A stretch of DNA of 64,000 nt. Source: Hormiphora californensis. Its lineage: Eukaryota; Animalia; Ctenophora. Below the pieces are notes generated by a model. That model had not been told where the DNA came from. It saw nothing but the letters and a program-made list of their open reading frames with translations, and made no database searches. Where the stretch lies: NCBI GenBank assembly GCA_020137815.1, contig CM035356.1:7316001-7380000 (forward strand), written 5' to 3'. The position numbers were made by a program, and so were the translations under genes. This document shows, piece by piece, positions 60,901 through 64,000 of the stretch. Position 1 is the first letter of the stretch. Every line of letters starts with the position of its first letter.

Positions 60901-62359
60901 CTTCAGAACCACCTCAGAACCACTTGAAAACCACCCTAGTGAGCGGGCTCGTACGGCCCTCTCCTCCCTGCCTCTAGACAGACAGATCAGTTACCTAGAC
61001 AGTGTGTTACGGGAGTTAAACCCTGAATACCAGACCCGGCCCGTCAGTCCCCCATCTCCTTTATACACCCCTGCTATAGTTCCATCTTCTGTAATGGAAG
61101 GGAACATGAGGGCACATGAACACAGACTGAGCAGGAGTAGGAGTGGTGTGGACAGTGGTGTGAACAGTGGTGTGAACAGTGGTGTGACTAGGAGCAGGAG
61201 CGGTGTGAACCTTCACAGAAAGAGTGGTCATGTTGTGAGGTACCATGAGAGTTCAGAGTCCCAAGGGGAACCAAGTTGGTGGAGTATTAGCATGGAGGAA
61301 GGAGGAAGTAATAGCAACACGGGAAGTAATAGTTCCCACAACACAGACAGTACAGAAACTACCATGTTGATAAATCGAGTGAGGCAGTGCATTTTCAAGG
61401 GATTCAGGGGCCGAGTTTTTAAGCCTTCAAAGCTACAAGAAAATAGAGTGAGAAAATGGGGAATGTCATATATTTGTGTTACTGTAACCATAACATAAAC
61501 TAACATATATTTTTGTTTCAGCTAAATGATATCGATAACGTAGCGAATGAAGTTAAAGATTTCGACTTCAACAAAGCAAATGTAAGTGTTTTTAAATCTG
61601 AGAATTACCATTTTAGTCATTACAGACATTTCTTAGACCCTCTAAAATGGGTTTCAACAAAACAGACAGATTACAGACAAAAACACACAAACAAACACAC
61701 AGCGACGTGGCCCAACAAGGGTAGAGGACATCTACGCGGAGATAGAGGTGATATCACCAGTAAAATACACCCCTAAACTAAGGGCCCAACCTGCTGAATA
61801 CGCAGAGATCACAACGCCAGACAAACAACCATCATCCTCAAGATCATTCCGGGGGAAGAGAGATCAGATGTTCTCCTCGGTTACCCAGCGTTATCACCAT
61901 CATGAGAAAACTGAGAGTACAGAGAGTGGCAGTGAGGACGATGTATTCGCTATGCAGAGGAGGTTGAGGAAGATGGCATCTGGTGGATCTCAGAAACCAA
62001 AAAGGGGAGCTAGTCTGAGGGAGAGGAAACCAACGAATGATATCTTTGAATCCTCTACAGACAAGATATTTGAGAGGCTGGATTTGAAGAAGAGTGAGCC
62101 GAGGTTATCTCCTTTTGATTGGTTGGATGGTGATGGTGATGAGGAGAGACCTGGCACTAGTAATGCTGCTAGTATATTGGCCAGATCTAGAAATCCCTCT
62201 GCCCGGTCTAGAATCCCTTCTAATAAGAGTGGTACTGGGGAACCTTCAGGGCGATCTAGAATCCCGTCTAATAAAAGCGGCACTGCAGCTGGGGAGCCGG
62301 AGATCCTAACTATTCCCATCATACCTATCTATACTGATGAAGAAGTAAGGGACTGCTGA
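57987..62359 (+). CDS. PDZ-domain protein with a long low-complexity C-terminus (multi-exon)
   Basis: Exons ~58758-58913 and ~59069-59254 give FTLLLERSDKGKEFGISIKESDTGYPLITHVIKGSYAHKSGLQEGDYVLTVNGINTANMTVPTVNDRIKS. Further phase-compatible exons run to the stop at 62359. The start exon is tentative. Confidence 0.7.
58205..58382. mobile_element. Degenerate small MITE
   Basis: Imperfect inverted ends GCTTGTAGT..ATACAGTAAG..GACGCGCA / TGCGCGTC..CTTACTGTAT..ACTACAAGC. Confidence 0.55.
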
Positions 62360-62363
62360 CTTA

Positions 62364-62676
62364 CTGTGACTGTGACATGAGACTCATTGTGACATGAGAC
62401 TCATTGTGACTGTGATTGTGACTGTGACATCTTTGTGACATGAGACTCATTGTGACATGAGACTCATTGTGACTGTGATTGTGACTGTGACATCTTTGTG
62501 ACATGAGACTCATTGTGACATGAGACTCATTGTGACTGTGATTGTGACTGTGACATCTTTGTGACATGAGACTCATTGTGACATGAGACTCATTGTGACT
62601 GTGATTGTGACTGTGACATCTTTGTGACATGAGACTCATTGTGACTGTGATTGTGACTGTGACATCTTTGTGACAT
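62364..62676. repeat. 63-bp minisatellite (~5 units) built from TGTGAC subunits, right after the PDZ gene stop
   Basis: Identical units TGTGACATGAGACTCATTGTGACATGAGACTCATTGTGACTGTGATTGTGACTGTGACATCTT. Confidence 0.95.
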
Positions 62677-63168
62677 GTGTACAGCTGACTTTGGTGAACA
62701 ATTTATGTGCAGACTGTGACAATTCCATACCCCGCCGGCTCAAATAGACGCACGGCGCGCTCAAACAATTTGCACTGGTCTATTGGGCCGTGCACTGCCG
62801 TGAGTTTGTGTCTCGATAGACGCACGCCCTCTGACAGATTTGTGTAAAGATCACAAAGAATCACTGGAAACACGATAAAATGACTTGGTAACTCAAGAGG
62901 GAGTGTGTGTACAACCTACAACGCTCTCTGTCTAGATTTGGCGCCCGCCAGTCTGTTGCAACTGTTGCTCATGACCCACAATTAACTGTAATCTCTCTCT
63001 GCATTCCACGCTTTGAAACTGTTACAGCGATTGTTACGAGTGTGTAGGAATGTAGAGAGGCACTCTGTAGCTTCATTTCTAACTGTTTGACCCGTTTTGT
63101 GTGAGCTCTCTCTGTGTCAACCACCTAATTTGTGCTTGTTTTGCTTCTAGGTGCCCGCCAGCGGGGTC

Positions 63169-63350
63169 TATAGAACACAACTCCCTCCCTTACGTGCAGA
63201 TATACCTGTAAACCCCTCGCTGACGCTCGGGATTTACAGGGCTGTAACGCACGGTCCCTTCGGGACCCGTGCATTACAGCTCAATAGACGCACTGCTCTG
63301 CAGTGCGTCTATTGAATAGATGCCCGCGCGGGAGGGAGTTATGTACTATA
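63169..63350. mobile_element. MITE-like element with TIRs and three internal hairpins
   Basis: TATAGAACACAACTCCCTCCC ... GGGAGGGAGTTATGTACTATA, with internal stems CCTGTAAA/TTTACAGG, TGTAA.GCACGG/CCGTGC.TTACA and TCAATAGACGCACTG/CAGTGCGTCTATTGA. Confidence 0.75.
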
Positions 63351-64000
63351 TAGGTAGCATTGTAAAATTTTGAGATATAATATAATTCTTTAGGTAGCAC
63401 TGCTTGTACAACTTATAACACCCCCCAGTGTTATAAGTTTTCACTTATAACACCCCCCAGTGATACATGAAAACTTATAACACTGCTGCACTTCGAACTC
63501 CTTACTCCACTGTTTCTGTCACACTTAAAAACCGTTAGAAAGATAGGCATTTACGAACTCCCTCCCTCTCTTTCTTTCTTTATGTCACACTCTCAAGCCG
63601 TTGCAGCACCGAGATCAAGATAACGGTTACGAACTCCCGGACCCATGCACATTCTTTATCTCTCTCACTCTCACTAATCTCTCACTCTCTTTACCTATCT
63701 CAGGCGTTATCTTATCTTATACTGATTTCTCTGCCTGCTACCTTATCATGAATTTGTTCTATTGTTACGCCCTAAAGTGTCTCTCACTCTTGTTTAAAAA
63801 ATTTTACAATGCAATTTTATTATGCCTGTTTTCGTTGTACCTGACGTCAACAATAATGTCCCAGATTCGTACACTTTTAGACCTCGCAGGCTCGGTCAAA
63901 AAGTAAAACTACATCACTCGCAGGCTCGTGAGGTAGTTACACTTAGTGGCACTCGCAGGCTCGTGCACTAAAGTACAAGAATCTGCCTCGACCTGTGGTC

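Noticed and set aside
62361-62676. Regular repeat array resembling CRISPR, or a His-rich repeat ORF
   Set aside because: The units are identical with no unique spacers, there are no cas genes and the context is eukaryotic. It is a minisatellite.

Overview
Intron-rich eukaryotic (animal) DNA. The short introns, (CT/GA)n tracts and two short repeat families (the '[27 protein letters not shown]' and 'VGPRFTG/SDPDL' elements) resemble a cydippid ctenophore such as Pleurobrachia; this is recognition from memory, not a search result. At 1.6-8.4 kb a CR1/L2-type LINE on the minus strand is interrupted by an intact RTE LINE (13-bp TSD) and by a TIR element with no TSD. Five plus-strand genes follow in tandem: KIF3A, MAP2K4, COPE, DAXX and SLC30A6. 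Then come GEMIN2 and DNA2 on the minus strand, a 5'-truncated LINE, the 5' half of BAZ1A, a homopolymer-degraded assembly artefact (about 54.1-55.7 kb) and a PDZ-domain gene. Main observations: (1) two spliced antisense genes inside one KIF3A intron, largely or wholly missed by the ORF track, encoding secreted pacifastin/VWC-like Cys-module proteins, one with a Tyr/Gly/Asp-rich tail; (2) an intronless atypical Rho GTPase inside a DAXX intron; (3) splice acceptors just upstream of most start codons plus very short gene spacing, suggesting SL trans-splicing and operons; (4) a head-to-tail Helitron concatemer; (5) repeated tandem duplications at splice sites. All gene models were built by hand, and some internal exon boundaries are approximate.
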